From Prasinococcaceae sp. CCMP 1430 (Eukaryota > Plantae > Prasinodermophyta): a stretch of 64,000 nt of DNA. A program made the translations under genes and the position numbers. The notes beneath the pieces were generated by a model. It was not told where the DNA came from. It did no database searches and was given only the letters and a program-made list of their open reading frames with translations. Below, one piece after another: positions 53,417 through 64,000 of the stretch; the first letter of the stretch is position 1, and every line of letters begins with the position of its first letter. The stretch covers positions 24,235 to 88,234 of the forward strand of contig RQSC01000152.1 of assembly GCA_013416795.1 (NCBI GenBank), written 5' to 3'.

Positions 53417-56400
53417 ATGATGCGAAGCGCTGGCTGTGGCGCACGCGGCTTCGCCCGTGTGGCCACGCTTGCGCTCACGGCCGCGCTCCTACCGGCGCTG
53501 TGTACGGGCTCGTTGTCGGACTCCACTGCGGGCGCTCTGTGGAGGGACCGCGGCGCGGGCGAGCAGCCAGAGGCGCGTTCGCATCATGCAACCACCGATG
53601 GCGCAGGCGGTAGCGCGGCGATGTACATCATCGGCGGGTACTCGTACTACTACAGGTGCGCGACGCCGGTGGGCTTGCTGCGCGCTCGCGCGGGGCGTGC
53701 GCTCTTGCTCGGAGGACGCGCGCGAGCTCGCATGTGGTGCTAACAATCAGCCGCATCCCGCTCTCCACGCCCCAACCGTGCCCAACCCACCCATGCTCCT
53801 CAACGCCCACTCACCTAAACAAATTCATTCACCCCGCTGCGCCTGGCGCATACCACTCGCGCGAGCGTAGGGACTGCATAAATGATGTGTGGGCGCTGAG
53901 CACCGATGCACGTAACTGGGAGCTACTGTACGACGGCTACGGCGAAGACGGCCACGAGAGCGAGGAGAGCGGAACGGCACCGCGTTCGCGCGTGTGGTCG
54001 ACCGCCGCGGAGTCGCTCGTCGACCCGGGCTTGGTATACCTTTTCGGTGGCTACAACTGCGCAGCGCTCACTGGCGCCTCGATGGACGCCACGCTCTCGG
54101 ACTTGTGGGTGTTTGATAGCGGAGAGCGCCAGTGGAGTCTGCTCGAAGTCGCCTCCTCGCAGCCGCCCCCGCGGCGGTATCACCACAGCATGGACGTGAT
54201 TCGCGAGGACGGCCACGACGTGCTCCTTCTGTTCGGTGGGCAGCTGGACTCAAACCTCCACTTACGAGACCTTTGGCGCGGGGACGTCGACGCTAACACC
54301 GGCACCGTCGAGTGGTTTGAGCTCGCGCGCCCTCCATCGTCGCTCACCGCCACGACTCGCCACGCGTCAGCCGTTGCGCCCGACGGCTCGGCGTTTTACG
54401 TGCACGGCGGCATGGACTCGGCGTCGTCCTCCGACGCGCTGCACAGATACGTCGTGGCCACCAACAGATGGGAGCAACTCAAGCCATCGAGCGAGGCACG
54501 CATGGACCACTCGCTTATCGAGTGGCAGGGCAACCTCATAGCAGTGATGGGTGGATCCACGGCCGCGCAAGTTGCCATCGAGTACACCGACCTGGACGGC
54601 AGGAGCTGGCGCACGATCGCCGCAGGTGAGAGCGAGAGCGAAGCCGCCGGCGAAGGCAAGGGTCGCGCGCCGCAGACGCTCTTCGAAGCGGGGTCCACCG
54701 TCGTAGACGACGTCGTGTACATATTCGGTGGATTTTCCAACCTGCCCGGCTCAAGGGTGCACATCAAGCAGAGCGACGTGATGTGGGCGTTCCAGCTCGG
54801 CGCCGATCCAGAAGGCCAGTGGGGTGCGGGTCTTGGGCCCATTCCCACCGCGCGTATCGACACCGCCATGATCTCGCTCGCATCCACGCTCATCATGTAC
54901 GGTGGCGCCACCCCCTTCGTCACTTACAATCCCGACCCCAACACGGAAGATGGCCCGGACTCAGGCGCCTCCGACGATGACGACGGCGGCGGCGGCGGCG
55001 GCTTGAGCACAGGTTTACTGCCGCGCAGTGACGTGTGGCTTTGGTTCGGCGATCAGTGGCATGCCGCTGAGACGGTTGGATGGGACCAGGGCGACGCGCG
55101 TTTTGGCCACACGGCTGTGCACGTCGGCGGAGGTAAAGTGCTCGTGTACGGAGGCCAGGACTCGGGCGCGCGTCGCCTCGACGACCTGTGGGTGTTCACT
55201 GTTGACACTGGGTCCGTTGGCGGCAAGAGCGTCGATGTGTTCACGCCGCCCGCCGTGAGGTGGACGCGGCTTGAACTCAGCCGCGGCTGGTCGAGCACGC
55301 CCCAGGGGCGCGACAGGCACACTGCGGTGGTCATATGGGATTCGCTCGCCGAGGAAGCTCTGGCGCACTCGCTGGCCGGGGACGGCAGCCCGCGAATGTT
55401 CGTCTTCGGTGGGCTGCGCGAATGGATATTTGGCGCCGGAGAGGCACCAAGCAGTGAGGTGGTCAGCTTTGACCTCGACCAGGGCTGCTGGACTGAGCAC
55501 GGCGGCGGAAGCGCCTACGATGCGTCTGGCTCAATGGTTGGGACGGGCGGCGGCGCGTGGCCTCGTCCTCGCGCACGCCATGCTTGCGCATCGCAGCGTC
55601 TCCTCATGTACTGTTTCGGTGGCTTGGTGCACACTAGTCTCGAGGCCGAGGATCCAATCGCAGCCAGCATGAGGGCCGACAGCGAATTCTGGGTGTATCA
55701 TCCACCGCCACGATCCGATGGGTGCGAGTCTGCAGCGAGCGGCGAGTGGTCGCTGCTTCCGCCCGAGTCAGCGGGGGTCTGTCCGCATCCGAGATATGAT
55801 CACTCGCTCCTGCCCTACCATTCTTCTGATTCTCCCCAGAACACGGGCGAGACGCCCGCCACCTTCGTGCTGTTCGGCGGTAGCGGCAAGGTACTTGGGC
55901 AAGACCCGTCCTCAGAGGCGCGGGAGGTCTCGTTCAGTGACGTGTGGCTTGCCCGCGTGGACGAGGCAGCTGGCCACGTTGTCTGGCAACAGATCTACCC
56001 CGCAGCGCAAGCGCCGCTGCCGGCTGGCCCGTCGAGTCATGCAGCGACAATGATGGGCGGCGTGGCCTTTGCCCTCGGTGGCGTGCACAGCACGCACCTC
56101 CAAGCGCTATCACCCGCCGCCGGGCTGTCGGGGTCGTCCAATGCGCTGGTTTCGCTCGACTTGGACGACTGCCAGGACGTGTGCGTGGGCTGCGCCACTT
56201 CACAGTCAAAGGAGCGTCGATGTTTGTCAGCGGCGTATCTATCGAGCATGCACGTCAGCCTTGACGTCGAGTGGGCGCGATTCGGCGCGATGGCCGGCTC
56301 TGGCAACACCGCGCTGCGCGTATACGACGCGAATGGCAACAGCGTGCCGCACGTGGCCGTCGAGCTGAACGACACGCGCGCCGGCACGCCGCGCTGGGAG

Positions 56401-59211
56401 CTTTCGAATGTCTGGCAGCGCGCCGAAGAGGAGCGCTTTACGATCGAAATCGTGCTCAACGGGGTTGCCGCCGCTCGCAAGCTCGATCTGGTCAATCACG
56501 GCGACGTCGCCCACATCCAGATAGACCCGCCCGAGGCCTCGACGCTGAACGTGGTCGTTGCCTATCAGCACGGTGCGGGTGTGCCGTACGCTGCAATCAC
56601 GCTGCGCTGGTGGGACCCCGAGCAGCGCGGCTTTGAGGACCTCCTCGGGCCCCTTACCGCCGACGAGAACGGCACGGCTGCGATCACGCTGCCCTCGGGC
56701 GCGTACGCGCGTCCAAACGAGCGTTATGAGGTGGTGGCATCGGCGCCGCGCTTTTCGGCTCCCGGCGAGCTCGAGGCGCGTGCTTCGATGATGGCTGCAG
56801 AGCTGATGGCGGGGGCCACCCACACGCTCACTGTGATGATGCCCCTCGATGGCTCGGCTCCGTCGCCGCCGCCGCCGCCCGCTTGGGCACCCGGCGCCAG
56901 CGGCAACGGCCCTGGTGTGGCGCTCGTAGTCGTCACGCTACCGAGCATTGCCGACATCGGTTTGCGTTTTATGCTGCGCATGGTTGAAGCGGACTCGGAA
57001 GACGCTCGCGCCGCGCGCTCGCGCGACTGGGATTTGGCCGACGGCCACCGCGGGCCGGCCTTCAAGGGCCCGCTCGTGGCCGAGCGCGTGCAGCCAAATC
57101 CCCTCGATGCGTTGTCTCCCTCGGCGAAGTGCACCTCAGATTCCACCGATGGGTGCAATGAGTACGGCGAAATTCGCCAGCGGTTTATCGGCCTGCGGCC
57201 CACCGAACACGTCGCAATCCTGCACGAGTGCATCGACAACGCGTGCGAGGTCCTGTCGCCGCCGATCGCGGTGAGCGACAGCGCGGCGATCGCTGCGGAT
57301 GGCGTGGCGCACACCGTGGAGATTCGCACGCTGCGAATGTATCTCAGTGGGCGGCTGGCGTATCCGTCGCTCGAGCTCGGCAGAGCGCACGGCCAAGGGG
57401 TGGGCGCGCTGAATGTGAGCATCGCGCTGTGGGATCCGCTGACCGAGCTCGTGCCGGGCGACGGCGAGCGCATGCCTGGGCGGGCAGACGGCGTGGCGCG
57501 CATCACGACGGCCGAGGACGGCTGGCTGGCGTGCCAGATTTCCTTTAGCGACCACCTTGGTGGCGTACCCGCCGTCGACGGTGAACCGTGCATGCTGTGG
57601 TCAACTGCCGAGTACTACGTCGAGGCGTACGCAAACGTCGTCGCCGATTCGTTAGGCAGCGGGTGGGCGGGGAGGCAGGTGATAAGCGCCGTGCACGTGC
57701 CCGTCAAGGCGAGTGAGCTGGCGGACTGGACGGATAGCATAGGCTTCCCGCCGGTGCTGCCGCTGCTCGCGCAGGGAGGGAGCTCCGGCCATCGTTGCGC
57801 TGCCGGGCCCGCGGGACGCTCATGGAATCGCGATGCAGTGTACTGCATCATCGACGCAATGGACTTCTGCGAGAGCGTGCCCCCGTTGCTCACGAGTGGA
57901 AAGCCAACGCTCGTGCCGCAGCGTTTTGACCAGGGGGCGACTCTGTACTCGCCCGGGCGCGAATGCCTGTGGGCAGTGCGTCCAGATCCGCCCTCAATGC
58001 AAATCACCGTGCGCATCGTTGCCTCTGGGCTGGCGCCCGGCGACCAGGTGGTGGTTGCTGCTGCCCCCGACTGCGAAAGCGACACATGCGGCGCGCTTGC
58101 GCTCGACGGCGAATACGGCATGACGAGCAGTCGCACCGTCGGCGTGCGCGGCGAGGTGGCATATGTCATTCTTCGCCCTCATATGGGCTCCGTGCCAACA
58201 CGCCTGGGCACGGGCTTTCAGTTCGAGTTCGTGAGCGTATCTAACGACGGCTTCTTCCCGCGCGTGGATGCGCTCACCATGCTAGCGACGTTCCTTCTCA
58301 CCGCCACGTGCTGCCTGCTTGGCAGCATGTGGAAGCGCTACATCCGCCCGCGCCTCGTGCGCATGATGGGAGGCGAGGCGGCCGTCGAGATGCAGGCTTT
58401 GACCGCCGCGGCCGCGGCCGCGAATGGGGGACGGCCTGCCCGCGGGGGTCTCGACGCACAGACGCGCTCGCGCGCGCTTAAGCGCGTGACGTATTCCAGC
58501 AAGGGCTCGGCGGCCGTCTCGGGTGGCGCTGATGCTGAGGGTAGCGACCGTGAGGGCGCGCGGACAGAGGTGGGGGAGGGAGGGCAGCTGGCAGGTGGTG
58601 CGGACGATGGCACCGTCGGCGAGGAGACCGGCGAAGACGTGTGCGCAATCTGCCTGGTCGAGTTTGAGGACGGAGACGAGCTGGTCGAGCTGCGCTGCAA
58701 CCACCGCTTCCATGGGGAGTGCGTCGACTCGTGGTTGCGCGTCGACGTGGTGTGCCCACTGTGCCGCGCGGACCTCCGCGAAGAGGAGCACGCGGACGCG
58801 GACGCGTCTCCTACGCCCAGCTCGGGCGCCGCAAGCGACTCGGTCGCAGTCGATGTGGCACCCGCTGGGCCCGGGCCCGGTGACGGCGACAACGCCGACG
58901 TGGCAGACTCAGCACCGCCACGCGTGCCGCGCAACGCTACGCTATCGCCGCTGAGTGGCGCGAGTCCGTCCCGCATAGCCATGCCGCGCATCGAGACGGA
59001 CAATTACAGATCGGAGGCGCCGGCGGAGGCGAGCGCCCTGTCGTCGCCGGGCTCGACGCCGAGGGGACTGGCGCGCGTCCCTCTGCCGCCCGTGCGCGCG
59101 CGCGTGGCGCCCGCAGGCAGCACAGAGGACGATCCGGAGCAGGAGCCTGCCGCGGTGTCCGTGCGGATAGACCGAGCGAGCACAAGCAGCGATAGCTCCG
59201 CGCGGCTTTAG
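53417..59211 (+). CDS. receptor-like RING-H2 E3 ubiquitin ligase: signal peptide - 12 Kelch-like repeats - unknown region - CUB-like - TM - GLD - RING-H2 (~1859 aa); intron 53656-53870
   Basis: Signal ARVATLALTAALLPALCTG; twelve hydrophobic-GG Kelch motifs; TM MLATFLLTATCCLLGSMW (~58279-58332); GLD at 58447-58455; CAICLVEF...LRCNHRFHGECVDSWL...CPLC (58642-58764). Junction AG|gtgcgc...gcgtag|G is in phase. Confidence 0.85.
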
Positions 59212-59635
59212 AGAGAGAGAGAGGAGAGACTAGCTAGCTCTAGCCCGCTCACGAGAGGAGCCACAGGTTTGTGTCGAGGCTTCCGCGTTGCATCCCACCG
59301 AGGCACCTGGAGGCACGCGCCGCCACCGCGACGGCGCGAAGAGGCCAGGCCGTGCCACGTTCGGTGATGCCGCCTCGAAGCGCGGGAAGCGAAGAGGAGG
59401 GGGTAGCGAGTCGGGCGCATCCGCTGTCGCCGGGCGCGTGTACGGCACGTGCGGGCGCTGCGCCGCGCTCCTGCCCGCGATGCTCTGCGGGAGCTGCGCT
59501 GCAGACGGGCTTGATCGGGCGAGCGCCTCCGTGGGAGCAGCGGCGAGAGCACACGCTGCACAGGGCGAATGGCTCGCGCCCCTCTCCATACCGAACTGCC
59601 GCGTCGAGGAGTGGTGACAGAGGCGAGCTCGCTGN

Positions 59636-60027
59636 GCGCCCGCGCCTGAGGCGGCGCCGCCCGCGCCGCGCGGCGCCAAGATGAAGCCGCTCCTCCTAAG
59701 CGTCGCCGTCGGCGCCGCTGTCTGGTTCGCGCCCGTCCCCGCGGAACTCGCCGCAACCGCCATGGGCATCAAGGCCTGGAAGCTGCTCGCCGTCTTCCTC
59801 GGCACCATCGTCGCCATCATCACGCAGGTGAGGACGCGCCCGCGCGCCAGGGAGGGGGAGAGGATGTGCGCCGAGTGCGCCGCCGCCGTCGCTCCCGGTG
59901 GCGCATTTTCGTGCGCAGCCCTCGCCTGCGCGTCGCCGTCGCGCCACACAGCGCGGGGGAGGCGCGGAAGACGCAAGGGGAAGGCTGGGGGGCAGCGTGG
60001 CGGGGGGCGATCGGGGAATGGGGCGGC

Positions 60028-60066
<39 letters not shown>

Positions 60067-61854
60067 GCCGGCGCAGGCCGTCCAGATCTCCCCGTCACCG
60101 CCGAGCCCGCAGGCCGCGGCGCTGCTGTTGGCCGCGCGCGAAAATCGCGCGCCCCGCACGAATGCGAGCGGAAATATCCTGCCCGAAAAAATATCGCAGG
60201 TGCCGCGCGCGGCTGAAAGCGGGGCGCGGTGGCTGGGCGCATGGACGCGCGCAGGGGGCCTGGGCGCGGCTCGGCCGGGTGGCGGTGGCGGTGGTCGGGG
60301 GGGGGGGGCAAGGATGGCGAGAAAGAGTTCGTGTACGACGTGGAGGGCCTCCATGACAAGGGCAGTGGAAGGTATTGTGTGTGTTTGGTGGTGGTGGGTG
60401 GGTGCGGAGGGGGGGTGCCTGTGATCGTGATCGCCGCGCGGTGGGGCGCGGGGCGACGCGGCCATGCGACGCGATGCTCTGGCGGCTGGCTGGTGGCGGC
60501 GGGCACGCTGGCGGTTGCGCCCGATGTGCTGTCTGCTGACGGCGATCCTTGCACGCGCGCGCATGCTCCCGCGCCCTCGCAGCCCCTGCCACTGGGCGCC
60601 GTCGCGCTCATGGGGCTGGGCGCCGCCATGACCCTCAAGGTGATGACCTTCCCGCAGGCCTTCAGTGCGATGGCGTCGCCCATCCCGTGGCTCATCGCCA
60701 TCGCCTTCTTCTTCGCCAAGGGCTTCATCAAGACCGGCCTGGGCAACCGCATCAGCTACCTGTTTGTGAGGGCATTCGGCAAGACCACGCTCGGCCTGTG
60801 CTACTCGCTCGTCTTCGCCGAGGCGCTCCTCGCGCCTGCGATCCCGTCGCTCGCCGCTCGCGCCGGCGGCATTATGAAGCCGCTCGTGGAATCTCTGAGC
60901 ATCGCGTGCGGCTCCAAGCCCGACAACGGCACCGAGAAAAAGATGGGCGCGTACCTCATGGCCACCATGTTCCAGACCTCGTGCATCTCTTCCGCGATGT
61001 TCCTCACCGCCATGGCTGCCAACCCTCTCGCAGCCAACCTCGCCGAGGCCGCGACGGGCCAGGTCATCTCGTGGGTCGGCTGGGCGACCGCCGCGTTCGT
61101 GCCGGGCGTCGCTGCGCTCATCCTCATTCCGCTCCTCGTTTTCACCATCTACCCGCCCGAGATCAAGGAGTCGCCCAACGCGCCCGAGCAGGCCAAGGCT
61201 GAGCTCGCGAAGATGGGCAAGATGAGCGGCGACGAGAAGATCGTGGCTGCCACGCTCGTGCTCACCGTTGGCCTGTGGATCTTCGGTTCCCAGTTCGGCA
61301 TCGGCTCCGTGTGCGCCGCCATCATCGGCCTGTCCATTCTCATGATCACTGGCGTGGTCGGCTGGAAGGAGTGCCTCGCGCAGGGCGTGGCGTGGGACAC
61401 CCTCACTTGGTTCGCGGCGCTCATCGCGATGGCCGACCACCTCAACAAGTTCGGCCTCATCGGATGGTTCTCCGGGCAGGTGACCAACGTGGTCGGCGGC
61501 CTGGGCCTCGCCTGGCAATCCACGCTGCTCATCCTCATCGCCATCTACGTGTACTCACACTATGCCTTCGCGTCGGTCGCCGCGCACATCGGCGCCATGT
61601 ACACCGCTTTCCTCAGCGTCGCCGTGGCGCTCGGCTCGCCCCCGCTCGCGTCGGCGCTCATCCTGGCCTTCGTCTCCAACCTCATGGGCTGCACCACGCA
61701 CTACGGCATCGGCTCGGCGCCGCCCTACTACGGCGCCGGCTACGTGTCGCTGCCCGAGTGGTGGAAGATCGGCTTCATCTGCTCCGTGGCGAACCTCGTC
61801 ATCTTCCTCGGCCTCGGCTTCCCGTGGTGGAAGTTCTTGGGACTCATGGCGTAA
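59636..61854 (+). CDS. DIT1: plastid 2-oxoglutarate/malate translocator (DASS family, DiT1-type); intron 59828-60582; transit peptide lost at N 59635
   Basis: RGAKMKPLL...AWKLLAVFLGTIVAIITQ|PLPLGA; WLIAIAFFFAKGFIKTGLGNRI; PSLAARAGG; SSAMFLTAMAANPL; THYGIGSAPPYYGAGYV; GFPWWKFLGL. Confidence 0.92.
60030..60063 (+). repeat. poly-G tract (~34 nt) in the DiT1 intron
   Basis: Direct reading. Confidence 0.9.
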
Positions 61855-62117
61855 GGGCTGTCCACCCCTCGCGGACTTTTTGGGGCTCTTCACAAGCCCT
61901 CTCTATAGATCTGTCGCCGCGCCGCGCTCGCGACGCCAGTAATCCGATGCGCAAAACCCCTCGATGGCTCGCGTGACATGTGTGTGGAGCGAGCGAGCCG
62001 CTACGGATGCGCGCGGCTGTGCAGTGGCAGGACCGCCTCACTGCCACACGGGTCCGCGCATGGCACATGTTGGGACGCAGTGGTGCTACGTCCCTCGGCG
62101 CACACGCTTCATGGTCA

Positions 62118-63602
62118 TTAGATTATTACGAAGGGCGTCTCGCGGCGCACGGCGCCCGCCGTCGCCCCTGCAGCTCGGCGCTCCTCGAAGAGGCTCTGGC
62201 CGACCGCCTGGATGGGGCCGCCACCCAGGCACTCGTCGCCGTCGTACAACACCAGCATTTGGCCGGGCGTGATGGCCTTGGCGGGCTCGTCGAAGCGCAC
62301 GACCACACCGGCGCCAGCGCCCCCGCTCATCGTCTCCACGCCTCCGAGCGCCGCCTCGGGTGCACGCCAGAAGCCGCTCGGTGGCACGCGCGGCGCGTGT
62401 GCGCTCGACGCCGCCCACGCGGTGGCTCCCGCCGTAGGGGTGGCGTAGCGCGCCTTGAAGGTCACCCGCATCCCAGCGACGCTGTCGGCCGCCGCCGGTG
62501 CCGCGCCCGCCACCCATGAGAAGGCGCCAGTCGCGGCGCCACGAGTGAGCAGCGCGTCGCTCTGCGACTCGCGCGCGACGTACAGCACGCGCCGCTGCGC
62601 GTCCTTGCCGGCGACAAAGTAGGCCTCATTGGCACCGCCTAGGCGCGCGCGCTGACCGATGGTGTGCAGTGCCACGCCAGCATGCGCACCCACAGCACGA
62701 CCGCTCTCAACGTCAACGAACTCGCCGGCCTCGAGCCCGCCGGCGACGTAGCTCGAGATGAAGTCGCCGAAACGCCGGCGACCCACGAAGCACAGCCCGG
62801 TGCTCGTCCGCTTCTGAGCGACATGCAGCGCGCGCGCCGCAGCGGCGGCGCGAACGTCCGCCTTGAGCATCTCACCAAGTGGAAAGAGCGCGCGAGAGAG
62901 AGCGCCACTCCCAACGCCCGCCAGGAAATACGACTGGTCGTACGCGGTGTCAGCGCCAGCGAGCAGCGAGACGAGAGAGCCCGACGCCGACCCCGCGCGC
63001 GGACGTAGCCGCGCGTAGTGGCCCGTCGCGACGAGGTCGGCGCCCAAGCGCCGCCGCGCGTGCTCGGCGAAAGCGCCGAACTTGACGTGCACGTTGCACG
63101 CCACGTCTGGGTTTGGCGTGAGCCCGGCAGCGTACGCGTCGAGGGCCGGCGCAAACACCTCGTGCCAGTACTCGCGGCTTAGGTCCGCCTCGGCCAGCTC
63201 GCAGCCCAGATCGCGCGCGACGCGGCGCGCATCGGCGCGCTCGGCCGCCGCCTCGCAGTGCTCGGGGCTGTCGCCGTCGCCGCTGCCGCCCTCCTCGGCC
63301 GCGTCCCAGCTGCGCAAGTGCGCGGCGACCACACGGTGCTCATTCGCGGCGCACAGCAATGCCAGCGTTAGCGCCGAGTCCACGCCGCCCGACACGCCCA
63401 CCACGACCGTCTTGCGCGTCGACAGGTCGATGGGGATACTGTGGGCGGTCTTGTTGTTGTCTTTGCTACTTGAGGAGGAGGAGGACGACGACGAGAGGGC
63501 GTTGGAGCGAAGTGCGAGTGTGTTCGCATGGCCGAGGGCGCGCCGAGCGACGGCGGCGGCCACCGCGGCACGCGCTGTGCGAGCGGCGGCAGCGAGCGGC
63601 AT
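62118..63602 (-). CDS. mnmA: tRNA-specific 2-thiouridylase MnmA/TRMU (organellar)
   Basis: VVVGVSGGVDS (PP-loop), TPNPDVACN, VATGHY, DQSYFL, STGLCFVG, HTIGQR and ITPGQ. Ala/Arg/Ser-rich targeting peptide from MPLAAAART. Confidence 0.93.
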   Translation of the reverse strand: MPLAAAARTARAAVAAAVARRALGHANTLALRSNALSSSSSSSSSSKDNNKTAHSIPIDLSTRKTVVVGVSGGVDSALTLALLCAANEHRVVAAHLRSWDAAEEGGSGDGDSPEHCEAAAERADARRVARDLGCELAEADLSREYWHEVFAPALDAYAAGLTPNPDVACNVHVKFGAFAEHARRRLGADLVATGHYARLRPRAGSASGSLVSLLAGADTAYDQSYFLAGVGSGALSRALFPLGEMLKADVRAAAAARALHVAQKRTSTGLCFVGRRRFGDFISSYVAGGLEAGEFVDVESGRAVGAHAGVALHTIGQRARLGGANEAYFVAGKDAQRRVLYVARESQSDALLTRGAATGAFSWVAGAAPAAADSVAGMRVTFKARYATPTAGATAWAASSAHAPRVPPSGFWRAPEAALGGVETMSGGAGAGVVVRFDEPAKAITPGQMLVLYDGDECLGGGPIQAVGQSLFEERRAAGATAGAVRRETPFVII

Positions 63603-64000
63603 GGCGGCGCGAGTGCTCGGTAAGCACCTCTCCGCCGCGGGCGAGCAAGCACTCAGCCTGAGAGGGGGCGCAGCCGGGGGCGCGCGCGCGCGCGCGCCCG
63701 CGCGCGCGCGCACTCTGGCGAACCTGCGGCGCACCTCACCTGAATGCCACATGCGCGCGGTGGCGCACCTGCGCCCAAACCCCACCAGGCGCGCGCGCTC
63801 CTGCCATTCCCGACGTGCCGGCCTGCATCCAGCCTCTACCCTGTCCTCCCCTCCCCTCCCCCTCGCTGTTGCCTCCGCCGCTTGCGCGGCACCACACGCC
63901 ACCATAGCGCCTGGCAGTACGCGCGTGCGCGCGGCCGTGCGCACCGCCACGACATCCGGGCGGCGCCTTCCTCTTCTCGTCGGTGCTCAGGTCGTCAGCC

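Noticed and set aside
59288-59617. Short ORF with CGRC...CGSC pairs (possible zinc ribbon)
   Set aside because: No convincing start, it lies in the 3' flank of the RING gene next to a gap, and the Cys spacing could be chance.
62700-63450. MnmA deviations (YDQSYFL instead of KDQSYFL; RTSTGLCF)
   Set aside because: Both catalytic Cys, the PNPD Asp and the PP-loop are intact, so this is ordinary divergence.
1-64000. tRNA, rRNA, or viral/endogenous-element genes
   Set aside because: No cloverleaf, rRNA-like conserved segment, capsid, integrase or reverse-transcriptase motif was recognised by eye. A covariance-model scan (tRNAscan-SE, Infernal/Rfam) would be needed to exclude small RNAs.

Overview
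This is a gene-dense, very GC-rich eukaryotic nuclear window with short GT-AG introns, CTGAC-like branch points and a few TGTAA-like poly(A) signals. The gene set (plastid DiT1-type translocator, RUNKEL, plant-type UCP) points to a green alga, probably an early-branching prasinophyte-grade lineage; that is inference. About 30 protein-coding genes can be supported, mostly housekeeping: MATE, GWT1/PIG-W, ceramide synthase, sterol desaturase-like, MED31, G6P 1-epimerase, COG5, RUK/ULK4, EF-Ts, CAAX protease, GNAT, PGP-type HAD, glucosidase II alpha, UCP, NEK, APRT, DiT1, MnmA. There is also a 434-bp Tourist/PIF-Harbinger-like MITE with a TAA target-site duplication, large CA/TG microsatellite introns, long poly-G tracts and three single-N positions that probably mark gaps. 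The best candidate for a novel system is a ~1860-aa receptor-like E3 ligase at 53417-59211: signal peptide, 12 Kelch-like blades, ~550 aa unassigned, CUB-like domain, TM, ATL-type GLD motif, RING-H2. It resembles a single-chain analogue of the animal MEGF8/Attractin + MGRN1 module. Other highlights are an HMG-box/histone-fold fusion, an oleosin-like proline-knot protein, a trypanosomatid-type long APRT, a frame-switching tandem splice donor upstream of the epimerase, and a GC-AG intron. All family assignments come from motif recognition by eye; no searches were run. Most of the long Arg/Ala/Pro-rich ORFs in the six-frame track are GC-driven shadows.
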